The notes: generated by a model not told the origin, from the letters alone. Positions 27,600 to 40,418 are shown, counted from the stretch's first letter. The stretch: DNA of 64,000 nucleotides from Octopus vulgaris (GCA_951406725.2 OX597814.1:126852001-126916000); one strand, 5' to 3'. Numbers and translations: made by a program.

Positions 27600-29450
27600 T
27601 GTTCAGAATAGTGCAATTTGGGAGACTGTAGCAGTCAGACTTCCCAGGAAAGAACATTGTAATGCTGAATGTGATACAAACTGCATAAATCAGATATAAA
27701 TAGAAAAAAGCACAATAAATCATCCAACCATTTCAAGTGACAAAAAGGGTAGTGCTTGAATTTGAGCAGTGCATAGCAACCAACCCTGACAGTAAGGTGT
27801 TCTGGAAATATGTACATTCAAAGCAGAGACCTCACTCTTCAGTTGGTCCTCTTTGCAATCCCCCCACAAGCCAGATTACTGACAATCCCAAAGAATGCGC
27901 AGAACTCATTGCTGAATGCTATGCATGCATTTTTACTATAGAAAACCAAAACGTACCATCTCCATCACCTCTAACACCAAATTCTATAACATCTATGGAA
28001 TTTAAACCAGCAATGCTGCGACATAACCTTAAGAATAAGTGCAACTATGCCTCTCCTGGTCTTGATGGTGTTATGTACCTGCTTCTCAAATGTGGTGAAT
28101 ACTTTCTCCTGCACCAGCTTTCACTCTTCTTTCAGTTCTGTCTTAACAATGGTGCTACTCTGGAGCAGTGGAAAACTGTCAGTGTCATTCCTCTGTTCAA
28201 AAAGAGTGACCGCACGTCCCCTGTCAACTACTGTCCAGTCAGTCTTACTAGCTGCATTGCCAAACTGATGGAAACCTGTGTCAGAGAAACACTCTGGAAC
28301 TTCTGGAATTCTCACAGCCTTATCTGACCCTTGCAATTTGGATTTATCCTAAACTCCAGCTGCTGTGATCAACTTATCAAGTTTCTTGAAAACATCATCT
28401 GGATCACTGATGGTAGCTTATGGGTGGATGTTGTTTACCTTGACTTTGCTAAAACTTTTAATTCTGTGCAACACAAAAGACTTATGGCAAAACTCTCCGC
28501 AATGGGTATGAAAGATGATCTTTTTAACTGGTTGGACTCCTTCCTTCTCAGTTGAAAAGAAGTAGTTATGGTTCCAGGACAGCATTCTTCATCCTATGTC
28601 ATTTGGTGTACCGCAGGGATCTTATCTTGGTCCCCTTTTGTTTGTGGCATACACTAACGATATAGATGTCAACTTAAAGAATGCTACAGTGCTGAAATGT
28701 GCAGATGACATCAAGCCATACCTTGAGATAAAAAGCACAGATCCTGAACACTATAGATCTTTCCTGCAATCGGACCTGAACCCAATGGATAACAAACTGG
28801 TAATACAAGCTGGCTGTGGACAAGTGTACCACCATGCATTTTGGGAGGAAAAACCCAGCATTCACATACTCTCTCTCCACAACACTAGTATCAAGAAATC
28901 TTCTTGTGAATGTAACCTGGGCATTATTATCAGCAGCAATTTGTGCTGGACAAAGAACATCTCTAAAATTGTCAAGAAGCATGAGGGTGTTTTGGCATCA
29001 CTCATCAAGACCTTTGTCAGCCGCTCTCCAGCTATCTATTTAAGACTGTATATGGCTATGGTGCAGCCACACTTGGAATTAGCATCACCAGTCTCTAACT
29101 CCTATCTTGCTCAGGACATTGACCTAGAAACTGTTCAGAGATGTGCAACCAAGCAAATACCTTCCATCAGGCATCTATCTACTCTGGACGCCTTGCTTTC
29201 CAGGGCATAGATACATTGAAGTTCCGACATTTGGCAACTGACTTGGTAAACACCCACAAAATCATTAACCATTGTGCCAACAACCACCTTGAGCACCTTT
29301 TTGAATTCCATGTGTCTAACACACATGGACATGCCTACAAAGTCAGAAAAAGGCACAGCTCCCATGACTTTTGGAAACATTTTTTCACACTTGGAATCCT
29401 GAAGCATGGAACAAACTACCTGCATCAGTTGTTAGTGGCTGTGACATTGC
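27600..29450 (+). mobile_element. Degenerate CR1/L2-like LINE ORF2
   Basis: NYCPVSLTSCIAKLME, QFGF, VDVVYLDFAKTFNSV, GVPQGSYLGPLLF, CADD; multiple stops/frameshifts; cut off by a SINE at 29456. Confidence 0.88.
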
Positions 29451-29455
29451 GCATA

Positions 29456-29807
29456 GGCGCAGGAGTGGCTGTTTGGTAAGTAGCTTGCTAACCAACCACA
29501 TGGTTCCGGGTTCAGTCCCACTGCGTGGCATCTTGGGCAAGTGTCTTCTGCTATAGCCCCGGGCCGACCAATGCCTTGTGAGTGGACTTGGTAGACGGAA
29601 ACTGAAAGAAGCCTGTCGTATATATGTATATATATATAAGTGTGTGTGAATATGTTTGTTCCCCTAGCATTGCTTGACAACCGATGCTGGTGTGTTTACG
29701 TCCCCGTCACTTAGCGGTTCGGCAAAAGAGACCGATAGAATAAGTACTGGGCTTACAAAGAATAAGTCCCGGGGTCGATTTGCTCGACTAAAGGTGGTGC
29801 TCCAGCA
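29456..29807 (+). mobile_element. Family-A tRNA-derived SINE (3'-truncated)
   Basis: ggcgcaggagtggctgtttgg A-box, ggttcagtcc B-box. Confidence 0.9.
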
Positions 29808-29809
29808 GG

Positions 29810-30360
29810 CAAGGCAGTTTTGCTTTGCCTGGTGGCTGTGGCAAAGGAGATTGTTGGTGGACAAGACTGAAAGGCATGAGGACAGATACTTCCTCTTTGG
29901 TGGAGCTCTCACTGACTTTTTCACGTTTCACTTGAAAAGAAAATAGAGAGTGGAGAGGGAAGTTCCATCCATGAGTGGATTTATAGAAAGGTGGGTGAAA
30001 GTTGTGGAAATGGCAAGAGTGGATGGTACCTCTCTAAGTGTAGACCTGTGAGTCAGAGAGAAGGAATTGGAGAGGGCACTTGCTCACAGGATTTCAGGGA
30101 AATCTCGGACAGTGGGGTTCCTCAATTATCCCTGGAGGCATTCCTGTATCAGGAGGGCTACATCTCTATCATCCCCCACCTCTTTTTTTTAAATCTTTTT
30201 ATGCTATGCATGTCTTTTCTTTTCCAGTGTATACTGTGTATACTTAAATTTTTTTTTTATCATTTCATTATTATATGTAAGCCCCTACACTTTATGTCTA
30301 TCTCTGTATTGTCCCCCATCAATCTTCGCCCTTGTGGCAAATAAATGAAATCATTATTAT
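29810..30360 (+). mobile_element. 3' end of a probable L1/Tx1-like LINE
   Basis: Coding-like remnant FFTFHLKRK*RVERE; terminus ccttgtggcaaataaa..(att)n also seen at ~46170-46210. Confidence 0.45.
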
Positions 30361-30692
30361 AACGTCCTGGTTTTCGGACCAATAAGAAATTCAGTGGAGG
30401 GGAGATAACAAATTGTACACCATGAATAATTATTACTTTTTCCTGGCGCAGAAAAACCGTTTTCTCAGATTCTACTTCAGTAATCATTATTTAATTTCCA
30501 TTTGTTTTTAGTTGCTACCAATAGAAATATATCATAAAACAGGATTGATACAATATGTCAAATTTTATTAGACAGGTCCACAACAGAATCATTAAACTTG
30601 ATCTTTTGAGAGAGAAAGAGAGAGAGAGAAAGCAAACCATTATATCTACACCTGGTTCGATTTTTGGTCGTCATTGTTTTATTTTGTATCTT

Positions 30693-31030
30693 CCTAACCA
30701 CATGGTTCCAGATTCAGTCCCAGTGTGTGGCACCTTGGGTATCTTCTATTGTTTCCTGAAGCCGATCAAAGTCTTGTGAGTGGATTTGGTAGACGGAAAC
30801 TGAAAGAGGCCTGTCGTATATATATGTGTGTGTGTGTTTGTTCGTTTGTCTCCTATCACTGCTTGACAACTGGTCCCTGTAACATAGCGGTTTGACAAAG
30901 GCAAAAGAGACCAATAGAATAAGTACCAGGCTTTTAAAAAAAATAAGTACTGAGATCGATTCATCCGACTAAAAATTCTTCAAAGTTGTGCCCCAGTATG
31001 GCCAGTCTGATGGCTAAAGCAAATTAAAAG
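30693..31030 (+). mobile_element. Family-A SINE, 5'-truncated
   Basis: gtgagtggatttggtagacggaaactgaaag core and aataagtac repeats. Confidence 0.8.
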
Positions 31031-31767
31031 ATATATAGTCCTAGGCTGGATTTTAACTTGGAAGCTTTATGGACGTTGTTAATGGTAAAAATATTTATAA
31101 TCATTTCATTTCTTTCACTTGAAAAATCTGTGAGACTACTTGAATTTATTTAACAGGTTTCAACTCACACAATATAACTTGGCATGTACAGTATAATTGA
31201 CATTGTGCTTCAGATAAAGATGTGTAAAAGAGATAATGAACCTCAATAGACAAGAATTCACAGGAAAATACATTGAACTCATATATGAGCTTGAATCTCT
31301 TAAATTTTGGCAAGTAATTTTACCTGAAATTGTGTGTGGTTACTAAAACATTTTCAACATAGTAATTGATGTAGTTTTGAAAAACACACATACAATTGTA
31401 ATCAATTTATTCTGTAATATATATATATATATATAAATATGTGTGTGTGTGTTTGTCTTTCATTGTTATAACTGTGACATACATAGTTACTTATGCTTAG
31501 CTTCCCTTGTGTGAGAGAAATGCACTTGTCTTTCTAGAGTATGCATAGTAAGGTAGTGATTGTGATGCTGTTTCAATTGCACTGAAATTATCAAAGCACT
31601 TCCTAGTTCCAAGGTTCTGGGGATTTGGCAGTGTTAATAGCAGTTGATGTTGTTGGCAAGAGTGAGGATTCCACTGATCCTATAACTTTGTTAGAGCTTG
31701 AAAGTTTTTTGAAATTTCCATATTTCTTTTCTGGTGTTTCATGCAAGAAAAGGATGGAGGTCATGGT

Positions 31768-32318
31768 TTAACCCTATAGCATTTAAACTGGCCAAAATAT
31801 TCTCCATTTTAGGATTAGACTGGCCAGATCTGTCATCTCACAGCTACCCTACAATATTTCTAGAAATTAACAGTTACCTCTTCAAAAATCTAAGCTACAT
31901 GACAAGGTACAATTAATACAAAACAATGTGAACAAGAGCACCCAGAGAGTGCAAACCTCTGCCAAGGCAACACCAACGATTAGCCAGAAATGATTTTTTT
32001 AAATGAGAATATCAGAAATAAACTTGACTGCTCTCACAAAGAAGAATGCTAAAAATGAACCCAACCACTCTCAAAAATTAAGTAAAACAGGTAAAATAAT
32101 CCAGAATCCTTGTCCAGAACTAGATCAATCCCCAAATCTAATTAGTTAGTTCTAGTCACAAGGCTAAACATGCTTGAAAGTTTCATCCGAGTTCATCCTG
32201 CGGTTCGAGATATCTTGTCAACAAACAAACACGACTGAAAACAATACCTCCGCCTTCACTAAGGTTGAAGTAATAAATAAGCATTACCTCTGACAGAATG
32301 TGAATGCTAATAGGTTAA
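31768..32318. mobile_element. TTAA-flanked MITE (piggyBac-type ends) carrying a nested insertion
   Basis: TTAA CCCTATAGCATT ... AATGCTAATAGG TTAA: imperfect TIRs between TTAA sites. Confidence 0.6.
31931..32275 (-). mobile_element. Non-autonomous Helentron/DINE-1-like element (HINE)
   Basis: Minus strand: ttattac..ggcggaggt at the 5' end, short (gttt)n, ggcagaggt near the 3' end, stem-loop gcactctctgggtgc, then tcttgtt; inserted at TT without an obvious TSD. Confidence 0.65.
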
Positions 32319-33228
32319 GTAGGAAAGGTATGTCTTTGTTTATGTACTTGCTGCATGTAGTGGTTGTTATTAGGATGTGTAATGTGGTATGGCTGTCACT
32401 AATTACTTTGTATAGGCTTTTATAACTGTTGTGACCCATGTTAGCTAGTTTTTTTCTTTTTCTTTTTCATGACAAGTTTCTCTAGTGTGTGGTATTGGTG
32501 AGTTGGGAATTTGGGGGGTTTCCCTTATTTTTATCAATTTGGCTACTTCAGTTCTGTAGTATCTCACCTTTTGAGATGTTTTAGAAAGTACATAGAATTA
32601 GTTTCTTGAATATATCACCAGTCATGGGTGTGTAGTTAAGAAGTTCACATTTCACAACCACATGGTTATGGGTTTGATCCCACGACATAGCACCTTAGAC
32701 AAATTTCTATTGTAGCCTCAAGTTGATCAATGTCTCAGGAAGGAAATATTTTGCAGACAGAAACTGTACAGAAGCCTATCATATTTGTGTATGTGTGTCT
32801 GCATGCATGCACATGCTGTGTAAATACTTTGTGATGATTACAACCCAAAGGAAACAAATTTATTATTTGATAAATCGAGTCCCAAGCTAAGAATTGAAGT
32901 CAATGTAATTTATAAAATCTCTTGAAGGTGCTGCAGATTAATGACTGAAGGTAGAAATGTTGAATTCTGTAAACTGTAAGTCTGACCCTAAGTGGAAGTG
33001 GTTTCAGTGGGGTTTTTTTCTTGAAATTTGTGAAATTTCATTTTTGTTCCTTGTTGAACATCAGGCCAGTACTGTTCAAGTACTTATGACCAAAGTATTT
33101 CCACTGTGACCATCTGGTCTTCGTCATGCCAAGATGTGATTATTGTAGCCAGGTGTGCTGAGAAGGAAGTCGTCTAGGAAGGAGTTGTAGTTGACTATAT
33201 GGTGTTAGTGCAGGTTGTTTAGGATGTA

Positions 33229-33765
33229 TGAGGTCTGATCAAAAATGTATCATGACTGTTGCTATGCTAATGGAGCTAAGCACACAAGAGTGAAGTTGTT
33301 TGGCACAGACTGACTTTAAACTCCAGCATGCATGCACACTAAGTTATGTTCTCACGCACATCTGTTTATAGAAGTGTGTAGAGTGTGAACATCTCGAAAA
33401 TACCAAATTTCAGCTGCACAGGATCTCCTTGATTGTGTCAAGGAAGATGAAAACTTATTGAAATCAGCAGTCTCTGGCTATGACCCCAAAACCAAGTAAA
33501 GAATAAAAAAAAAAAAAATCAAATCTCACTTGAAAGGAACAAAATTTTAAGATGTCAAGGAAATTCAAGACAATTTGATGAGGTAGCTGCTTGCTGCCCA
33601 TTCAGAAAGGAAAAGAAAAAAAAAAGTTCCAAACATGCTTCCATTAATGGAAACAATACTAGATAAAAGTGGGTTGCTTTAGAAGGGGGACTACTTTGAA
33701 GGAGATTAAATGCTGAATTGATTTCTTTCCTAACACAAGTCCCAATACTTTTTGATCAGACCTCG
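33229..33765 (+). mobile_element. Internally deleted mariner element
   Basis: TA|TGAGGTCTGATCAAAAA ... TTTTTGATCAGACCTCG|TA TIRs with TA TSD; remnants HLKGTKF*DVKEIQ and a GDYFEGD* C-terminus. Confidence 0.88.
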
Positions 33766-34001
33766 TATTGGTACATCAGTTGTAATGGTATTATTTTACT
33801 ATGAGCACATTGGGAATGTATTGTGGGTGTGTGTAGCATACTAGTATATTTGGTGGTACAGCATACATATATTTGTGCAAACACTAGAGCAAGACATGGT
33901 CTTCTAATTCTTTGAATCCTTTCAAACCATCCAACCAATGTCAACATAGAAAGTGGATACAAGAGGAGAATCAAGTGGATACAAGAGGAGAATCAAGTGG
34001 A

Positions 34002-34186
34002 TACAGGAGGAGAATCAAGAGATGGGTTCAGTCTGAATACTTGCAGAGTTAACACTCCTGTACACCCCAAAAACCAGGTAGGTCCATCATTACCATCTTT
34101 GCTTTTTTCTATGACTGCACGGGTCAGACGGAATTCATTGAGGTAGATTTTCTATGACCAGTTGCCCTTCCTGTTTCAAAACAATG
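34002..34186 (+). repeat. 185-bp direct repeat, copy 1 (partner 40419-40603)
   Basis: About 6 mismatches by manual alignment; preceded by and overlapping 3 x 22-bp tandem aagtggatacaagaggagaatc (33951-34016). Confidence 0.92.
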
Positions 34187-34535
34187 GTCATTCTTGTCTT
34201 TGTTAAGGTGGTGAGCTGGCAGAATCGCTAGTACATGAGATAAAATACTTAGCAGTATTTTTTCTGGCTTCACATTCTGCTGAAGTTAACTGCCTTTTCA
34301 TCCCTTTTGGGATCAATAAAATAAGTATCAGGCAAGCAGGGCCAATGTAATCAACTAGCTCCATCCCCACAAAAGCTGGCCTCGTGCCAAAACATAAAAC
34401 CATTTTTAAGGTCTGTTACTGAAGATAAACCTTTAGTGATTTGACTTATCCTGCCTTATGGTGTAATTAAAGATTTGAGGGGTCTTGTAGCATTGTCTCT
34501 CATATTATTCCATTGTAAATGTTGTGCTGATATAT

Positions 34536-34565
34536 TGTTATGGAACTTATATAAGTTCCATAACA
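34536..34565. repeat. Perfect 30-bp palindrome
   Basis: tgttatggaacttatataagttccataaca equals its own reverse complement. Confidence 0.95.
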
Positions 34566-35744
34566 TATTTAGGCTATTAGTGTTGTATTGTATTGATACT
34601 TTGTGTTAGTCTATAATGAGTGTAAAATGTTAGGATTTTAATTATATTGGTCGATTCCTTTACTGTCTTAGTATCACATTCAACAAAACTCCACTTGGAA
34701 TTGAAGATTCTAAAAATGAAAACAGTACATCTTCAGATTTTGCATTGTATTTGTTTAGATGGAGTGTTTTTACCCCATGTTATGTGTACTGGAATGTACC
34801 TTTTTAACATTCATATTCCCTGTTTTGTGTAAGCTTAATTTCACAGTTAATTTGCTTTATCTTTTCATTGACCAACTTATTAGATTTTTTTTTTGCATAA
34901 TGCATCAAAGACTGCATTATCCATAGTCATTTTTAAAATTCTAGGGTGTGGTTTGATAATTTGATGCTGTTTCTAGAAATGGTTCTCTTGTTAACTTTAA
35001 AAAAAAATTTTGTTACTAACAAAAGAGAAAGATCCTTGAAGTTCTATCATAACCAATATAACTCCAGAACAAAAGCTAATATCTAAATCATCAACTTTTC
35101 TTCTTCATTTAATGTCCATTTTCCAGGTTGGATAGTTTGACTGGAGCTGGGAAGCTGGAGAGCTGCACCAGGTTCCAGTCTGATTTGCAATGGTTTCTAC
35201 AGCTGGATGCCCTTCCCAACACCAACCACTTTACAGTGTTTGCTGAGTGCTTTTAACATGGCACCACATGTGCGCTTTTACACGGTACTCATATCAAAAA
35301 CAGATTTAGCATTCAATGGCTAATCTGACAAATAATTCACTAAGATAAAATGTAAATAAATACTACACCAACTTGATATTATTAAAGAATATTTTTCTCA
35401 TTGTTTTCAACTAGAAATTTAATAGCAGAGATGTGCAATTTAGAGTAGAAAAGCCTATGTAAATTTACACACAAATAATTTTTAAACTTTCTTTTATTGA
35501 CGCTAGAAACACAATTACCTTTTAAATATTAATGAAAATTAGAAATTAAGATAATGAGACTTATTAACAATCAATATTTCTTGCAAAGTTTTAACAAAAA
35601 CAGTACTGATTATCACGAAACAAAGAATGTACTTTAAACAGAAAAGAGGCTCTTTCAAAGATTTTAAATCAGGTAAGCAACATGCTTCTGCAAGAATACA
35701 AAAATTAGAAGAATGTACAATAACCCAATCAAATTAAACACCTG

Positions 35745-35750
35745 TTTATT
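35745..35750 (-). terminator. Candidate COX4 polyadenylation signal
   Basis: AATAAA on the minus strand ~75 nt after the stop codon; a second one at 35493-35498. Confidence 0.5.
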
Positions 35751-35823
35751 TCCAGTTAATAAATAACTTTCAAATGGTGTAAAGTCACTAAATATCTTGA
35801 AGTTTGCCTAAGATGCCATGTAA

Positions 35824-35960
35824 TTAATTTTTCCAACGTTCATTCTCATAATCATATTGAGAAGAAACACCTTCAATAGGGTTGACTCTTTGAGCTATCA
35901 TTTTCTCCAACATAGCATCCTGCCACTCTTGAGTGAGACTGTGTGGAACAGGTGGATATA
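35824..35960 (-). CDS. COX4: COX4 terminal coding exon
   Basis: ctattacag|, 137 nt. Encodes VYPPVPHSLTQEWQDAMLEKMIAQRVNPIEGVSSQYDYENERWKN* (NPI.G.SS..DY...W C-terminal signature). Total CDS 579 nt = 192 aa + stop. Confidence 0.95.
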
Positions 35961-36430
35961 CTGTAATAGAACAGTAAAATTAAGTCATAATAATAATAAT
36001 AATAATAGCAATAATTTCAAAGTGAAAAGGGAAACAGTAACTTTAGTACAAATAAAAGGGAAGATTGTTGTGAGATAGCAACAAAAAAACATTCTTGCAA
36101 AATAAGAATGAAACTAATAGAACTGAAAATACAAAAGTGTCACAAATGAAAAAGTAGAAATATCCCAATAGATATTTGTGACTTTAAAAAAAAATCTTTG
36201 TATTATGTGACATTTAATTGATAGTATCATTTTAAAGGCAAGTAAACATTTAAATTAAAATGTATCTTTTGTAAAATTGTAAACTTTTTAATCTTTTCAA
36301 ATTCAGAATTATCACCAGATCAAATTAAAACAGAATTGGAGAATGTCCTACATTCCATTTATCTACGCAGTAACACTTTTACCTATAAGAAGTACATTAG
36401 AAGATATTAAAAACAAGTGCTAAAACATAC

Positions 36431-36562
36431 CGTACAGCTTCATCCATATAATAATCCAGCCAGTTAAACTGCAGCTCATTAGAAAGAAAGATATGATTCT
36501 TTTCCAGTCTCCTGTTGGAGCATGCATTTCAGCATAAGTTTGACAGAAGCTGATGCGATATA
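36431..36562 (-). CDS. COX4: COX4 coding exon 3 (transmembrane helix)
   Basis: cttttcag| ... |gtatgt, 132 nt. Encodes LYRISFCQTYAEMHAPTGDWKRIISFFLMSCSLTGWIIIWMKLY (LYR.SF.QT.AEM motif plus hydrophobic TM segment). Not in the ORF track; translated by hand. Confidence 0.95.
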
Positions 36563-37716
36563 CTGAAAAGAGATTTATATATCTTTATTAGCATACATGT
36601 CAATATACACACAACTCCATAAATCAGAGAAAGCAATGAATTTCATGATTAAAAATATTCAATTAAAGACTGGTATAAACCTTTATATCTAATTGTTTCA
36701 TGCAAGAAAACTGACCAGAAAAATAAACTGGCATTGTTCATATGAGCATTTTGGTAGCTCTTTAGTTTCAGCTAACTTCATATCAGTGTAATACAATAGT
36801 CAATATTTCAATAGCAACTTTGCCAACACTGCAGTAATTACTCTCCATTAAAATATCACTACCTCATTTTTTATAATTTTCATTTCCAGATATCTGTTTC
36901 CAGTTCTACCACCAATAGTCACATTTTTTTTTGTAACTCAAGAACTGAAGTCCTATTAGGTAGCAGCTTGGTATTGTAACCAGAGTCTTAAAAGAAATTT
37001 TTCTTTAAATCGTTTCTTAGAGCTAGAGACAACAAATAGAACCTCTCTATCCCAGGCTTTCAAATCACACAACTTTCAATGAAAGGTTCTTTTACAGACA
37101 GTTATTTAAACTGAATATGGACATTCAACAATGAACAATCATTGTCTTCTCTGTAAGTAAACACAGATATACTCTTTTAACCATAGTCTTCAGCAGCTTG
37201 ACAGTTCAGACTGAAAACTCTTCAATAACATAAAAACTAGTTAGTTATAAAAAAAAAACATAGCTAGGAGTGTGAGAAAAAAAAAAAACCTGTATCTATT
37301 TTGAGATACTCTGTGTTTGTTTCTTTCAATTACTTTAAATTATAACAAAGAATTTACTAAAATAACCTAAGTTATTTTTCAGCTAGTGTTAGAAACAAAT
37401 TGTGACTGTTTTGGTGGAAGATTTTAATTCAAAACTTAGGAAAACAAGACATTTGTATTCAGAGTCGGTTTCAGCCAGGTTGGTAACAAAAGAATTCAAA
37501 CTGGTCTAAAATTTTGACTTAGTTTTAACATCTAATCTAACATGATTGTTACAACTTACAGAATAGAAAATAATTTTATCTCATAAAGGTTTTTGATAAA
37601 TCAACAATTCTCAATTAGTATTTACAGTTTTATATGCATGAATAAGACCCAGACATTTGGAATGGTGGAGAAATGACCTGATTCTAAATAACTAATATCT
37701 CATAAAATTGACATAC

Positions 37717-37887
37717 AATCTTTCTTTTCTTGAAGGGTGAGGGTTTTCCAGTCTGCCGCCTGTTTGTCCAAGAGGGCCAAATTTTCACCGGTGCTTTCTT
37801 TAAACCGAATTGCAGGGAAAGGAATTTCTGGGATATCGAAGTAGCTCGCACTGCCATTAATACCAAAACCAACAATCTCTCTGTTGC
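37717..37887 (-). CDS. COX4: COX4 coding exon 2
   Basis: gatttcag| ... |gtatgt, 171 nt. Encodes GNREIVGFGINGSASYFDIPEIPFPAIRFKESTGENLALLDKQAADWKTLTLQEKKD, with typical invertebrate COX4 motifs (IGNREIVGFG.NG, P.PAIRFKE, DWK.L...EKK). Confidence 0.95.
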
Positions 37888-38730
37888 CTGAAATCAAAAC
37901 ACCAGTATCAGTACATTAATGTATTGACAAAACAACTTCAAATAACAATTTTACTACAGGTTCACCAAATCACAACATACATATTCCAGTGTGTGTGTGT
38001 GTGTATGTGAATATGTACACAAACACACACATATTTATAAAACCAGTGAGTACAACTATCACTGACATTTCCCTATACAGTAGACAAACAACTTTGTTGA
38101 AGTTATCACTGACCTTTCCCTTCCCATTGTCACAAGGAGACCAACTGAAGATTTAAAGTGAGCCACTTGATTGTATAGAAAATGCAAAGTTATTTTAGCA
38201 GATTAGCATCCTGTCCTCTACAACAAATGATTTGTGAAAAGATTAACTGAAATATTGAACCAAGAAACAAAGAAAACACAAATTTGAACTAATGATCAAT
38301 GAGCTAATTGCTTTACTCCATACTGACATAAAACCCATTCAGCTAAACAGCATGAAATTAACAACACACAAGTTTCAGACAACAGATATACAGCCTAGTC
38401 TCTGCTTTTTCTATCACTGTTAAAGTGGCCTCTGTTTCTCATAAACAGCTGATTCCATGCCATCTCTACTCAAGCACACCTTATCCCTTACCACTAAGAC
38501 TTGCATTAAACTACTATAACCATCCATCCAAAGAAAACCACCAGAACTCTAAAATTCCATCTATGCACATGCTTACTACAGCTTTCACCAGCTCAAAATA
38601 AGTTTAACTATGTTATTTCAATTTCAGATGGCCTGTAAAGGACATAAAATACAATAAAATTTTTAAAAGTTAAAAATTATTCTAAAATACAAATTATCAA
38701 TACAGTGATTTATAAAAATAAAATATGTAC

Positions 38731-38869
38731 CAATTCTGGGATGGATCTTATCTCGAGCTTCTTGACCAAGAACTGCACTCTGGTTTCCCAAAACAGCCGA
38801 TGTAGAAATTTGACACCGTGAGAGACGGGCAGTCAGATTGCCAATTGACTTGACAAGCTGTCGGTTCAT
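38731..38869 (-). CDS. COX4: Cytochrome c oxidase subunit 4, first coding exon (mitochondrial presequence)
   Basis: ATG at 38869, 10 nt after acceptor ttttccag. Encodes MNRQLVKSIGNLTARLSRCQISTSAVLGNQSAVLGQEARDKIHPRI (Arg/Ser-rich, no acidic residues in the first 36 aa). Ends G|gtacat (phase 1) and joins the next exon in frame. Confidence 0.9.
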
Positions 38870-40418
38870 TGTTCACACACTGGAAAATAGAGGAAAAGAT
38901 ATTAGGACAGTTTAAAAAGAATGAATTGAAAGACATTTTCGATTAACAAACAATATATGTTGCATATGTGTGTGAATAGTTTTAGAGATATTAAAATGCA
39001 TTGGTTATACAAAAAATATACTTCACAACAGGAATCCAATGAAACAAGCCAATGTTAACAAACAAAATTTCTTTTCCTTTTAATAGCTTAGAGAAGGAAA
39101 AGATAAAATTTTCCTCAGATTGGAGGCCTGGCTTGAATGTTTGCAAAAGAATGAACACTGGTAAAAGCACAACTACCTATCAAGAGACAGGTGGTGGTGC
39201 TACATCATCAACAATTTAACATTAACAATTATTGCTTAAATTATAGAATTGCATCTTTATTTTTTAGTTTGTCAAACATGAAATCAGTTATGTAACATTA
39301 TATAAATTATACAGTATTCCCTTTTTTGTTTCAGTTTGTTTGCTGGTTTCCCTCTTTCTGTCACATAGATGTATAATGTTAGTATGCATAAGTGGTAGAG
39401 AAAAACTGAGTGTAAGAGGAATTGAATGTAGTGTATAAAAGACAATTGATATGGACATATGTATATGGATGATGACTATTCTGTAAGGAGATTCCAAGTA
39501 GAAGAAATTGTAGAAGGCCAAGGAAGAAAAGGACATAAGTAGTGAAAACTGATCTCAAGATGCTGAACCTCAGCCAGGATATGAGAAAGGAATGCAACAA
39601 GTGGTGAGAAACTGTGTTAAAGAGGGCCCAGCCAATATTGCAAGCAAGAAAAACAAAGGTAAAAGTGATGCTGATTGTGAGGTGAGAGACTGACAGAGTT
39701 GGCTAGAAAGAGAGAAGTAGCCAGCAGGCAGCAGACAGACTGTGAAATATAAGAAATGGCAGAAAAGTGACAGAGAAAGAGAGAGCACAAGAGAGGAGAG
39801 GTAAAAAAATAGTCCCACAATATAAAAGGAGAATTAGAGAGATAAAATAAAATACTAGAGGTATAAAGAGGGTTAGAAAAATGCGACACCTGTGTGTGCA
39901 TGTTGTGGGTGGGGTTGGAAAATGAAGAAAGTGGCAATAGATTTAGATTAGGTGGGGAGTAAGAAAATAAGAGAGGAAATGAAGAAACAATGCAGTCAGT
40001 AAAAAATAATAAAAATAAGGGAGTTAAAGTTAAGGAAGTGAAGAGATGACTTCTTAAGTAGACAACAGGTAACATGCAAGTCAAACAGATGATGACATTC
40101 TCAGTCATAAAGAAACTACATGACTATCACAAGATTATGTTCTACAGGCATTGGTTTTGAACTACTGCAAAAAGGTAACATGAAATGAGAGAAAAAAGGT
40201 TCAAGATAAAAAAAAAGAATAGAATGGAAAAATGATGAAAATGGAACAAGGCATGAGACAGCAAAATGAAATAATTTACTTTTAGTAGGCACTATGATAG
40301 TGTATGTATACATACACACACACATTGTAGCATAGTTAGGGTAAGAGGCATTTTCCCCCACTTTGGAGATACTTCCAGATTAGTGAATTTAAAACAAGTG
40401 AAGCCCAGCATGAACATC

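Noticed and set aside
29456-29530. tRNA gene
   Set aside because: A/B boxes belong to a multi-copy SINE head; no convincing cloverleaf or poly-T terminator.
39570-40361. Hydrophobic minus-strand ORFs upstream of COX4 (also 3030-3392)
   Set aside because: Low-complexity purine/pyrimidine-biased sequence; no motifs.
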